From the NCBI RefSeq assembly GCF_021246445.1, contig NZ_JAJQXW010000002.1, positions 744,001-808,000 on the forward strand: a DNA stretch of 64,000 nucleotides. Reading direction: 5' to 3'. Positions 31,326 to 41,538 of this stretch are shown here, in pieces. The stretch's first letter is position 1. Every line of letters starts with the position of its first letter. The DNA is from Rhabdothermincola salaria (GTDB taxonomy: Bacteria; Actinomycetota; Acidimicrobiia; Acidimicrobiales; Acidimicrobilacustridaceae). The notes under the pieces are model-generated. The model saw only the letters and a list, made by a program, of their open reading frames with translations. It did no database searches and was not told where the DNA came from. The position numbers and the translations under genes were made by a program.

Positions 31326-32009
31326 GTGAGTGATCCCGTGTCCCCCTCGGTCGGCCTGGGGGTGGTGCACCTGTTCTGCAGGGTGACGCCGCTCACCGAG
31401 GCCGACGCCGTGTCCGCCGCCGTCGAGAAGGCGCAGGGCGACGGCGTGCAGGTCGTCACCGTGGCCGTGCTCGGCCACAAGGCCGACCTCGCCGTCATGG
31501 CCCTCGATGCCGACCTGTGGCGCCTGCGCGAGCTGCAGGCCGCCCTCGCCGACGCCGGGCTCGAGATCTGCGACTCCTACGTCTCGCTCACCGAGCTGTC
31601 CGAGTACGCCCAGGGCGTGCCCGACCAGATGAAGCAGGCCCGCCTACACCCCCAGCTGCCGCCCGAGGGCAAGCCTTCGTGGTGCTTCTACCCGATGTCG
31701 AAGCGACGCGAGGCCGACGCCAACTGGTTCACCCTGCCCTACGACGAGCGCAAGGAGCTCATGTACGAGCACGGCGCGTCGGGTCGCACCTTCGCCGGGC
31801 GGGTGCTGCAGGTCGTCACCGGGTCCGCCGGCCTCGACGACTACGAGTGGGGGGTCACGCTCTTCGCCGTGAACCCCGACGACCTCAAGGAGGTCGTCTA
31901 CACCATGCGCTTCGATCGGGCGTCGGCCGTCTACGCCGACTTCGGTCCCTTCTACACCGGCATGGTGGCGCCGGTCGGCGAGGTCCTCGCCCGCCTCGGT
32001 GTCGACTGA
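31326..32009 (+). CDS. hemQ: Coproheme decarboxylase (chlorite dismutase family)
   Basis: GHKADL, CFYPMSKRR, NWFTLP, LMYEHG, GLDDYEWGVTLFA, MRFD. Confidence 0.88.
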   Translation: MSDPVSPSVGLGVVHLFCRVTPLTEADAVSAAVEKAQGDGVQVVTVAVLGHKADLAVMALDADLWRLRELQAALADAGLEICDSYVSLTELSEYAQGVPDQMKQARLHPQLPPEGKPSWCFYPMSKRREADANWFTLPYDERKELMYEHGASGRTFAGRVLQVVTGSAGLDDYEWGVTLFAVNPDDLKEVVYTMRFDRASAVYADFGPFYTGMVAPVGEVLARLGVD

Positions 32010-32832
32010 CCTGCGTCGCGGCCCCGTCGCCGCCGTCGACCACGCCCTCGATCGTCTGCGACGTGAGCTGGTCCACCTCGAACGGGTGGTGGTGGCCTTC
32101 AGCGGAGGAGCCGACTCGTCCCTGCTGGCGCAGGTCGCCCACACCACGCTCGGGCCCGATCGCTGCCTGGTGGTCACCGCCGTGTCGCCGTCGCTGGCCG
32201 GCGCCGAGCACGACGATTGCCGGGCCCTCGCGGCCGAGTGGGGGCTGCGGTGGCACGAGGTGGCCACCGACGAGATGGCCGACGCCGCCTACCGGGGCAA
32301 CGACGGCGACCGGTGCTTCCACTGCAAGTCCGCCCTGATGGACGCGGTGGCGCCGCTCGCCGCGGAGGAGGAGGCCACCGTGGTGCTCGGGGTCAACCTC
32401 GACGACCTGGGCGACCACCGGCCGGGTCAGCGGGCGGCGGCCGACGCCGGGGCCGTGTTCCCCTTCGTCGAGGCGGGCCTCACCAAGGCCATGGTCCGTG
32501 AGGTGTCACGTCACCTGGGACTGCGCACCTGGGACAAGCCGGCGGCGGCCTGCCTGGCCTCTCGGGTGCCCTACGGCACCGGCGTCACCGTGGCCGTCCT
32601 GGGTCGGGTCGAGCGGGCCGAGGCCGCCGTGCGCGAGCTCGGGTTCGCCGAGCTCCGGGTGCGCCACTACGACGACACCGCCCGCATCGAGGTGCCGGTG
32701 GCCGACCTGCCCCGCCTGCTGGACCAGCGCGAGGCGGTGGTGGCCGCCGTGCGTCGGGCCGGCTACCGCTACGTGACCGTCGACCTCGAGGGCCTCCGCT
32801 CCGGCAACCTCAACGACGCCCTACGACCCTGA
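31999..32832 (+). CDS. larE: LarE-family ATP-dependent sulfur transferase (PP-loop)
   Basis: AFSGGADS, RCFHCK, DDLGDHRPG, DKPAAACLASRVPYG, LRVRH, GLRSGNLN. Confidence 0.88.
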   Translation: MSTDLRRGPVAAVDHALDRLRRELVHLERVVVAFSGGADSSLLAQVAHTTLGPDRCLVVTAVSPSLAGAEHDDCRALAAEWGLRWHEVATDEMADAAYRGNDGDRCFHCKSALMDAVAPLAAEEEATVVLGVNLDDLGDHRPGQRAAADAGAVFPFVEAGLTKAMVREVSRHLGLRTWDKPAAACLASRVPYGTGVTVAVLGRVERAEAAVRELGFAELRVRHYDDTARIEVPVADLPRLLDQREAVVAAVRRAGYRYVTVDLEGLRSGNLNDALRP

Positions 32833-32965
32833 CCGGTCGGTCGTCAGGCACGGCCCACGGTGGGGATGTCCGATTCGGGAGTCGAGTGCGGGCCCCGGTC
32901 GGGCGGCGGATGGGAGCGCCAGCGACCCCGCCGCACCGCGGCGCTCCGCGCCGCCAGAGTCGCGG

Positions 32966-34294
32966 TCACTCGGCTTGGCGGGCGGCGGTGTTGACCGGGT
33001 CCCACACCGGGGAGAACGGCGGGGCATAGGCCAGGTCGAGGTAGACGAGGTCGTCGACGCTCATCTCGGCCCACAGGGCGGTGGCGATGGTGTCGATGCG
33101 CTTGCCGGCACCGGGCGCCCCCACGATCTGGCCGCCGAGGAGGCGCCGGTCGCCCCGATCGTGGACCAGCTTCACGTGCACGGGGCCGTTGCCCGGGAAG
33201 TAGTGGGCTCGGGTGCTGGCCCTGACCGTGGTGGCCACCGGGTCGAACCCGGCGGCGAGGGCCTCGACCTCGGTGAGCCCGGTGCGGGCGATCTCGGTGT
33301 CGAAGAGCCGGGTGATGGCCGTGCCCAGCACCCCTGGGAAGCGGGCGTCGCCGCCGCCGAGGTTGATGCCGGCCACCCGGGCCGCCTTGTTGGCCACCGT
33401 CCCCAGCGCGATCCACGTCGGCTGGCCGGTGACGCGGTGGTGCGACTCGCAGCAGTCGCCGGCGGCGTAGACGCCCTCGGCGGAGGTGCGCTGGTGGTCG
33501 TCGACCGAGATGGCCCCGCGGACACCCGTGGTGAGCCCGGCGGCGCCCGCCAGCTCCCCGTTGGGGGTGACACCGAGGCCGAGGACGATCAGGTCGGCCT
33601 CGTGGCTGTCTTGCTGTCCGATGACGCGTCCGGGCTCCACGTCGACGACCGGCTGACCGAGGCGGAGCTCGATGCCGTGGCCCTCGGCGGCGTCGCCGAC
33701 CAGTGCGGCCATGTCCGGGTCGAGGTTGCGCAGGAGCTGGGGGGCCATGTCGTAGACGGTGACCCGGGCGCCGCGCTGCACGAAGGCCTCGGCCATCTCC
33801 ACGCCGATGTAGCCGCCGCCCACGACCGCCACCCGTCGGCCCTCGACGTCGGTGGCCAGCGCGGCGATGGCCGAGGCATCGGCCAGGGTGTGCACGAGGT
33901 GCACCCCGGGCTGCCCGATCCCGCTCCACGGTGGGGCGATGGGGCGGGCCCCGGTGCCGATCATGAGCTGGTCGAAGCCGAGGGTGACCGTCTCACCGCC
34001 CTCGAGGTCGCGCGCCTCCACGGTGCGGGCGCCGAGGTCGATGGCCATCGCCTCGTGCCGGAGCCGCACGTCGATGTCCTGCTTGGCGCGGAACACCTCC
34101 GGGGCCCGGGCCACCAGCGACTCGACGTCGTCGACCTCGCCGCTCACGTGGTACGGGATGCCACACGCGGCGTAGCTGGTGCGGACCCCCTTCTCGAGGA
34201 CCACGATCTCGAGGTCGGGGCGGGCCCGACGCACTCCGGAGGCCGCGGCCATGCCACCCGCGTCCCCACCGATCACCACCAGGCGTTCTGTCAT
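32966..34294 (-). CDS. CoA-disulfide reductase / NADH oxidase family flavoprotein
   Basis: GGDAGG, SYAACGIPY (single redox Cys), GGGYIG, AAGDC, DLAYAPPFSPVWDP. Confidence 0.9.
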   Translation of the reverse strand: MTERLVVIGGDAGGMAAASGVRRARPDLEIVVLEKGVRTSYAACGIPYHVSGEVDDVESLVARAPEVFRAKQDIDVRLRHEAMAIDLGARTVEARDLEGGETVTLGFDQLMIGTGARPIAPPWSGIGQPGVHLVHTLADASAIAALATDVEGRRVAVVGGGYIGVEMAEAFVQRGARVTVYDMAPQLLRNLDPDMAALVGDAAEGHGIELRLGQPVVDVEPGRVIGQQDSHEADLIVLGLGVTPNGELAGAAGLTTGVRGAISVDDHQRTSAEGVYAAGDCCESHHRVTGQPTWIALGTVANKAARVAGINLGGGDARFPGVLGTAITRLFDTEIARTGLTEVEALAAGFDPVATTVRASTRAHYFPGNGPVHVKLVHDRGDRRLLGGQIVGAPGAGKRIDTIATALWAEMSVDDLVYLDLAYAPPFSPVWDPVNTAARQAE

Positions 34295-34343
34295 ACCCCC
34301 GACCGTACCGGGGTGCCCGCCCGTCCCCCAGGGTCCGAGAGCC

Positions 34344-34691
34344 CTAGTGGATCAGGTCGTCCAGTCGGGCGAAGAAGGCGGAGCGGGCGAAGACCTCGGC
34401 CCCGGCGGCGTGGGCCCGGTCGAGCCGCTCGCGGTCGACGTGGCTCCCGAAGGCCAGCACCCGGTGGGTGCCTGCCGCCCCCGCCGCCGCGGCGATGGCG
34501 TCGAGGGCGTCCGGGGTGGCCAGGTCGACCACGACGGTGTTGCTCGTGGCTCCGGCGGTGCCGAGGACCTCGGCCAGCGCCGTGGCGTCACTGACGAAGC
34601 GCACGTCCACCCCACGCGCCGGCAGACCACCGAACCGTGACCGGTCCATGAGGTCGCGGACCAGGACGACGACGCCGCCGGGATCGCTCAC
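34344..34691 (-). CDS. Small hypothetical protein, receiver-like fold
   Basis: DLMDRSR, VVVDL, AFGSHVD...AGA...RSAF; GTGA overlap with the upstream gene. Confidence 0.65.
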   Translation of the reverse strand: MSDPGGVVVLVRDLMDRSRFGGLPARGVDVRFVSDATALAEVLGTAGATSNTVVVDLATPDALDAIAAAAGAAGTHRVLAFGSHVDRERLDRAHAAGAEVFARSAFFARLDDLIH

Positions 34692-35194
34692 CGTCGGCCC
34701 TCGGCGCGTCGCCGGGCGAGGTGGACGTGGGCCTTGGCGGCACCCCAGCGCAGGCCCGGCTCGTGCAGGGCCGGGTCGAGCTCGGCGAATGAGGCGGGCG
34801 TCAGGTCGTAGACGTCGTCGGGGAACTGCCGACGGGCCATGTCGTCGCGAGGCGCGGGCGGCACCCCTGCCGCCCGCAGCACCTCGGTGGGATGGCGCAC
34901 GGCCGGGCGCACCAGCGACAGCGGGTTGGTCGTCTGGTCGTCGATGTCGGCGGCCAGCAGGGTCCGGATCCGGGGCACGACGTCGTCCGCCGCCGCGGCC
35001 GCCGCCCGTTCGGCCGCCGTGGCCACCTCGTCGGGGGGCCGGCGGAGCATCCGCTCGACGTACACCGTCTCGACGCAGCGCCGCACCCAGGCGGGCACGG
35101 CCTCGGCCAGCCCGTCGGCCAGCTCGCCGGCGTACCGGGCCATGGCGGCCAGGTCGTCGGCCGATGGTCCGCTCGGCTTGGCATCGTCGCCCAT
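34688..35194 (-). CDS. Hypothetical protein
   Basis: Helical ORF with DDQTTNPL, FPDDVYDLTPASF, WGAAKA; codon pattern consistent with a real gene. Confidence 0.7.
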   Translation of the reverse strand: MGDDAKPSGPSADDLAAMARYAGELADGLAEAVPAWVRRCVETVYVERMLRRPPDEVATAAERAAAAAADDVVPRIRTLLAADIDDQTTNPLSLVRPAVRHPTEVLRAAGVPPAPRDDMARRQFPDDVYDLTPASFAELDPALHEPGLRWGAAKAHVHLARRRAEGRR

Positions 35195-35214
35195 CGGCCC
35201 CCATGGTGGTCCAC

Positions 35215-36112
<898 letters not shown>

Positions 36113-36123
36113 TTCCCCCTCCC

Positions 36124-38424
36124 GTGACCCCCCGCCTCGACCGCCAACACCTCCTCGACGACCCCGCTCTGCGGGGCTTCGAGCTCTGCCGCGCCCTGTC
36201 GGAGCGCACCGACGAGTGGCTGGCCGCCCTGTGGGACCACGCCGACGGACCCTCCGAAGGAGCCGCCCTCGTGGCCGTGGGCGGCTACGGCCGGGCCGAG
36301 CTCGCCCCTGGCAGCGACATCGACGTCCTGCTCCTGCACGACCCGAGCCTCGACGTCGCCGACCTGGCCGAGCGCTTCTGGTACCCGATCTGGGACGAGG
36401 GCCTCAAGCTGGGCCACGCCGTGCGCACCGTGAAGGACACCTTGTCGCTGGCCAGCACCGACCTCGACACGGCCACGTCGGTGCTCACCGTGCGTGGCCT
36501 GGCCGGCGACGCCGACCTGGCCGCCGAGCTGGCCGACAAGGGCCTGGCCCTCTGGCAGAAGCGCAGCCGGCGCTGGCTCGAGCAGCTGTCGGCCACGGTG
36601 GTGAGCCGTCACGGGCGGGCGGGCGAGGTGGCCTTCCTCCTGGAACCGGACCTCAAGGACGGGCGGGGCGGCCTCCGCGACGTGCACGCCATCGGGTGGG
36701 CCGAGAAGGCCCAGGCCAACCTGCTGCCCGGCGACGAGGCCGACCTCGACACCGCCTACCGCACCCTCCTCGCCACCCGGGTCGAGCTGCACCGCCGCAC
36801 GGGCCGCCCCGGCGACCGGTTGTCGCTCGAGGAGCAAGACGGGGTGGCCGACGCGTTGGGGTACCTCGATGCCGACGACCTCATGCGCGACGTCTCCACC
36901 GCGGCGCGCGCCATCGCCTGGGTCAGCGACGACCTCTGGGCCCGGGTCGACTCCTCGCTCGAGGGCCCGTTCCGGCGCCGGTTGTTCCGTGACCGCGACG
37001 TGGCCCCCGGGGTCCTGCTGCGGGAGGGCACCGTGCAGCTGGCCCTGGGCGCCGATCCGGAGTCGGAGCCCTTGCTGCCGTTGCGGGTGGCGGTGGCCGC
37101 GGCCCGCCACGAGGCCCGCATCGAGCGCGACACCTTGCGCCGCCTGGCCGCCTGCCCGCCGCTCCCGGTGCCCTGGCCCGAAGCGGCCCGCCGGCTGTTC
37201 GTCGAGCTGTTCCTGGCCGGCCGGCCCGCGGTCGACGTGGTGGAGACCCTCGACCAGCGCGCCCTGTGGGAACCGATCGTTCCCGAGTGGGCTGCCGTGC
37301 GCTGCAAGCCGCAGCGCAACGCCTACCACCGCTTCACCGTCGACCGGCACCTGTGCGAGGCGGCGGCCAACGCCGCCGCGCTGGTGGACCGCGTCGACCG
37401 GGCCGACCTGTTGGTGGTGGGCACGCTGCTGCACGACATCGGCAAGGGCTTCCCCGGCGACCACACCGAGGTGGGCATCGACATCGTCGGGGAGATGGCG
37501 CCCCGCATGGGCTTCACCGCCACCGACACCGCCCTGCTCCAGCAGATGGTGCGCCATCACCTGCTCCTCCCCGACGTGGCCACCCGGCGCGACCTCTCCG
37601 ACGACGGCACCATCGACCACGTGGCCGAGGCGGTGGGCGACCTCGTCACCCTGCGCCTCCTGCACGGGCTGACCGAAGCCGACTCGCTGGCCACGGGCCC
37701 GGCCGCCTGGGGCTCCTGGAAGGAAGAGCTGGTCGGGGTCCTGGTCGCGCGCGTCTCCCACGTGCTCGACGGCGGCCAGCTGGCGGACGTCGCCGACGCC
37801 GCCTTCCCCAACCCTCACCACCTGGCGCTGCTGGCCCAACGTCGGCGCATCATCGAAGGGGTCGACGACCGCCTCACCGTCGTCTCCCCCGATCGGCCGG
37901 GCCTGTTCGCCCGGGTGGCCGGCGTGCTCTCCCTGCACGGGCTCACGGTGCTCGAGGCCGCCGCCACCACCGACGAGGACGACATGGCCCTCGAGGCCTT
38001 CCGGGTGGAGCCGAACTACGGCTCGACCGTGCCGTGGGACCGCGTGGTGCGCGACCTCGAACGAGCCCTCGACGGGCGCCTGGCCCTGGAGGCCCGCCTG
38101 GCCGAACGGGCCCGCGTGTACGCCCGACCCCGGCGGCTGCCCGGCCTGGTCACCCACCCCGAGGTGATCGTCGACAACGATCTGTCCCACGCGGCCACCG
38201 TGCTCGAGGTCCACGCCCCCGACGCCATGGGCGTGCTGTGGCGCATCACCCGGGCCCTGCACGAGCTCGACCTCGACCTCACATCGGCCAAGATCCAGAC
38301 GCTCGGCACCGACGCGGTCGACTCCTTCTACGTGCTCGACAACGAGGGTCGCAAGGTCACCGACGCCACCTACCTCGCCGAGATCGAGCGGGCCCTGCTC
38401 TTCGCCCTCGGCGAGGCCCCCTGA
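36124..38424 (+). CDS. glnD: [protein-PII] uridylyl/adenylyltransferase
   Basis: AVGGYGR.EL.P.SDID, EPDLKDGRGGLRD, HD domain (LLHDIGK), two ACT domains. Confidence 0.95.
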   Translation: MTPRLDRQHLLDDPALRGFELCRALSERTDEWLAALWDHADGPSEGAALVAVGGYGRAELAPGSDIDVLLLHDPSLDVADLAERFWYPIWDEGLKLGHAVRTVKDTLSLASTDLDTATSVLTVRGLAGDADLAAELADKGLALWQKRSRRWLEQLSATVVSRHGRAGEVAFLLEPDLKDGRGGLRDVHAIGWAEKAQANLLPGDEADLDTAYRTLLATRVELHRRTGRPGDRLSLEEQDGVADALGYLDADDLMRDVSTAARAIAWVSDDLWARVDSSLEGPFRRRLFRDRDVAPGVLLREGTVQLALGADPESEPLLPLRVAVAAARHEARIERDTLRRLAACPPLPVPWPEAARRLFVELFLAGRPAVDVVETLDQRALWEPIVPEWAAVRCKPQRNAYHRFTVDRHLCEAAANAAALVDRVDRADLLVVGTLLHDIGKGFPGDHTEVGIDIVGEMAPRMGFTATDTALLQQMVRHHLLLPDVATRRDLSDDGTIDHVAEAVGDLVTLRLLHGLTEADSLATGPAAWGSWKEELVGVLVARVSHVLDGGQLADVADAAFPNPHHLALLAQRRRIIEGVDDRLTVVSPDRPGLFARVAGVLSLHGLTVLEAAATTDEDDMALEAFRVEPNYGSTVPWDRVVRDLERALDGRLALEARLAERARVYARPRRLPGLVTHPEVIVDNDLSHAATVLEVHAPDAMGVLWRITRALHELDLDLTSAKIQTLGTDAVDSFYVLDNEGRKVTDATYLAEIERALLFALGEAP

Positions 38425-38449
38425 GGGCTGCCCCGGTAGCGTTCGGAGG

Positions 38450-39151
38450 ATGAGCGACGCGGCCCCCGGCGAGCAGCCGGTCACCCCGCAGGACCTGGTG
38501 CGGTGGAGCGAGGCCCTCGCCGGCATCGCCCGCACCGGTCTGGGCTTCACCCAGAGCCTCTACGAGCAGGAGCGCTTCGAGGAGGTGCTGTCCGTGGCCG
38601 CCGACATGCGGGTGGCCGCCGGCAGCCCGTACGACGCGGCGTCGTTGGTGCACGAGTGGATGCGGTCCGTGGGCGAGGGGGTGCCCGGCTACCAGACCCC
38701 CAAGGTGGCCGTGGGCGCGGTGGTGGGCAACGACGCCGGCGAGATCCTCCTGGTGCAGCGGTCCGATTCCGGCGTGTGGCTCTACCCGACCGGGTGGGCC
38801 GACATCGGGTACTCGGCGTCGGAGGTGGCGGTCAAGGAGGTGGCCGAGGAGACCGGCATCGACTGCGAGGTGGTGCAGCTCGTCGCCGTGCTCGACGGGC
38901 TGCGGCAGGGCTTCACCCGCATCCCGCTCTACTCGCTCGTGTTCCACTGCCGGGCCACGGGCGGTGAGCTGGCGGCTCACCCGCTGGAGTGCCGCGACGT
39001 GGGGTGGTTCTCCCTCGACGCCCTTCCCGAGCACACGGTCGGCGTGGACCAGTGGGGCGAGATCGCCCGTCAGGCGCTCAGCGGCGAGCCCGTCGACGTG
39101 CACTACGACCGGCCCCGCCGGCCCACCTGGCGCGGCATGCACGACATCTGA
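38450..39151 (+). CDS. NUDIX hydrolase with N-terminal domain
   Basis: IARTGL, GYQTPKV, GWADIGYSASEVAVKEVAEETG. Confidence 0.9.
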   Translation: MSDAAPGEQPVTPQDLVRWSEALAGIARTGLGFTQSLYEQERFEEVLSVAADMRVAAGSPYDAASLVHEWMRSVGEGVPGYQTPKVAVGAVVGNDAGEILLVQRSDSGVWLYPTGWADIGYSASEVAVKEVAEETGIDCEVVQLVAVLDGLRQGFTRIPLYSLVFHCRATGGELAAHPLECRDVGWFSLDALPEHTVGVDQWGEIARQALSGEPVDVHYDRPRRPTWRGMHDI

Positions 39152-39208
39152 CCGGCGACCGGCGACCGGGTGCCGGCCCCGGCCCTGCGGCCAGGACCGG
39201 GGCCACCG

Positions 39209-40087
39209 TCAGTCCTGGTCGCGCAGGAAGCGCTCGACCTCGTCGACCAGGCTCACGCCGTCGTTGATGGCGTCGGGCTCGCTGTCGTAGCGCTCCTCGA
39301 GCTGGGCGACGTACTCGATGGTCTCGACGTCCTCGTCGACCAGCTCGGAGACCTGGCGTTCGTAGGCGGCCGTGGCCAGCTGGAGCTCGGTGGTGGTGAC
39401 GCCGACCTGCAACAGCTGGGCGGTGCGCTCGACGAGGGCCATCGCCGCCTTGGGGGAGGGGGCCGACGGCACGTAGGCGGGGACGGCGGCCCAGAGGCCG
39501 GCGGAGCGCAGGCCGGCTTCGTGGCAGGCGGTGTGCAGCACGCCGGTCATCCCGGTGGGGCCCTCGTAGCGGGAGGGGACGAGGTCGAGCTCGGTGACCA
39601 GGTCGTCGTCGTAGGCGGTACCGAACACCGACACGGGCCGGGAGTGGGGCACGTCGGCCAGTAGGGCGCCGAGGGTGACGACCATGCGGGCCCCGTAGGC
39701 CTCGGCGACGGCGATCACGTGGTCGCAGAAGGTCCGCCAGCGCAGCTGGGGCTCGACCCCCGACAGGGTGATCACGTCGAGATCGGCACCCGGGACGGTG
39801 CCCGCCGAGAAGACGTTCTCGGGCCAGTCGATCTGGCGGGCCCCGTGCTCGTCGAAGCGGACCATGGGCCGCGAGCTGGTGAAGTCGTAGAAGACCTCGG
39901 GGTCGATGGAGGCGAAGGAGCGGGTGCTCCACTGGTCGGCGAGGAACTCGACGGCGGTGGACGCCGCGTCCCCGGCATCGCTCCAGCCGCCGAAGGCCAC
40001 CACCAGCACCGGCTCTCGTAGCGCCGGGCGGTCGGTCCAGAGCAGATGTTCGACGTGGCGGGGGTGGCCGCCGGGATCACCAGCCAT
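39209..40087 (-). CDS. PAC2 family (proteasome assembly chaperone-like) protein
   Basis: AFGGWSDAG, FYDF...RP, GVEPQLRW, LLADVPHSRP, YEGPTG, WAAVP.Y. Confidence 0.9.
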   Translation of the reverse strand: MAGDPGGHPRHVEHLLWTDRPALREPVLVVAFGGWSDAGDAASTAVEFLADQWSTRSFASIDPEVFYDFTSSRPMVRFDEHGARQIDWPENVFSAGTVPGADLDVITLSGVEPQLRWRTFCDHVIAVAEAYGARMVVTLGALLADVPHSRPVSVFGTAYDDDLVTELDLVPSRYEGPTGMTGVLHTACHEAGLRSAGLWAAVPAYVPSAPSPKAAMALVERTAQLLQVGVTTTELQLATAAYERQVSELVDEDVETIEYVAQLEERYDSEPDAINDGVSLVDEVERFLRDQD

Positions 40088-40207
40088 CGCGTCGAGGGTA
40101 TCGGAGGGGTCGGCCCAGCCCGATCCGGCCGCCCCCCGCAACCCTCGGAGCCGGGGGTGGGCACCCACCCGCCGGTCGGGTCGGTCGCGGCGGGTACCGT
40201 CGACGGC

Positions 40208-40657
40208 GTGGCACAGATCGAGATCATCGAAGCGACCGAGGTCACCGACGATCTGGTGGAGGCGTTCCAGCGGCTCGTCCCCCAGCTGTCCTCGTCGAAC
40301 CCGCCCCCGTCGGGGGCCGAGCTGCAGGCCATCGTGTCGTCCGAGGCCAGCGTGCTGCTCCTGGCCGTGGATCGCGAGGCCGGCGATCGCATCCTCGGCA
40401 GCCTGACGCTGGCGTGGTTCCGCATCCCCACGGGGGTGCGGGCCTGGATCGAGGACGTCGTCGTCGACGGCGAGGCCCGGGGTCAGGGGGTCGGCGAGCA
40501 CCTCAACCGGCACGCGCTCGACGTGGCCCGCGCCCGTGGCGCCCGCACGGTCGACCTCACCTCACGGCCCAGCCGGGAGGCCGCCAACCGCCTGTACCAG
40601 CGCATCGGCTTCGTCCCTCGCGACACCAACGTCTACCGCTACTCCCTCGACACGTAG
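40208..40657 (+). CDS. GNAT family N-acetyltransferase
   Basis: WIEDVVVD..ARGQGVG, LTSRPSREAANRLY..GF. Confidence 0.9.
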   Translation: MAQIEIIEATEVTDDLVEAFQRLVPQLSSSNPPPSGAELQAIVSSEASVLLLAVDREAGDRILGSLTLAWFRIPTGVRAWIEDVVVDGEARGQGVGEHLNRHALDVARARGARTVDLTSRPSREAANRLYQRIGFVPRDTNVYRYSLDT

Positions 40658-40751
40658 CGCTCCGCTGGTCAGGCGGTGCCGTCCGCGACGGTGACGTCCG
40701 ACCCTTGGCCGCCGGGCCGGGTCGGTGGTCGAGTAGGACCTGGAGGAGGTC

Positions 40752-41393
40752 GTGATGGCGTTCCGAGACCGAACCGATGCCGGACAGCAGCTGGCCGACG
40801 CCCTCCGCCCGCGCCTGGGTGACGACGTCGTGGTGCTGGGGCTCCCCCGAGGAGGGGTGCCGGTGGCCTCCGAGGTGGCCCGTGCCCTGGGCGCCCCGCT
40901 CGACGTGATCCTCGTGCGCAAGCTGGGGGTGCCCTTCCAGCCGGAGCTGGCGATGGGCGCGATCGGTGAGGACGGGGTGCGGTTCCTCAACGACGAGGTC
41001 CTCGGGGTGGCGAAGGTCTCCGAGGCCGAGCTGGCGCAGGTCGAGTCCGCCCAACGGGCGGAGCTGGAGCGGCGGGCGGCCCGCTACCGCCGGGGTCGGT
41101 CGCGCCTCGACGTCTCTGGTCGAACCGTCCTCGTGGTCGACGACGGGGTGGCGACGGGCGCCACGGCGCGCGTCGGATGTCGGGTGGCTCGGGCCCACGG
41201 TGCGGACCGGGTCGTGCTGGCCGTCCCGGTGGCCCCGGTCGACGTGCACCTGCGCTTCGCCGAGGACGCCGACGAGGTGGTGGTCCTCCAGACCCCCGAG
41301 CCCTTCGGCGCGGTGGGCCAGTTCTACGACCGCTTCGACCAGGTGAGCGACGACGCCGTGGTGGAGCTCCTCGACGAGGCGGGTGGTCGCTGA
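40752..41393 (+). CDS. Phosphoribosyltransferase family protein
   Basis: FRDRTDAG, GLPRGG, RKLG.P...ELAMGA, VVDDGVATGAT. Confidence 0.9.
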   Translation: MMAFRDRTDAGQQLADALRPRLGDDVVVLGLPRGGVPVASEVARALGAPLDVILVRKLGVPFQPELAMGAIGEDGVRFLNDEVLGVAKVSEAELAQVESAQRAELERRAARYRRGRSRLDVSGRTVLVVDDGVATGATARVGCRVARAHGADRVVLAVPVAPVDVHLRFAEDADEVVVLQTPEPFGAVGQFYDRFDQVSDDAVVELLDEAGGR

Positions 41394-41493
41394 CCGGCCG
41401 GTCTGCGGGTCCGACCCGACGCCGTTGCTCCTGCCCGCCTAGCTTCTCCACCGGCCCGGACGAGGGGCTTGACCTCGTCCCGGTCGCCTGTTC

Positions 41494-41508
41494 TAATGCT
41501 CGACATTA
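41494..41508. promoter_or_regulatory. AT-rich inverted repeat / promoter region upstream of BVMO
   Basis: TAATG-CTCGA-CATTA; TTGACC at 41469-41474. Confidence 0.45.
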
Positions 41509-41538
41509 TATTGCTCGGCCGAGGGGTCACGACCGCAC

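Noticed and set aside
39209..40087. Pup-proteasome locus
   Set aside because: Only a PAC2-family gene is present; no pup, prcA/B, pafA or dop in the window.
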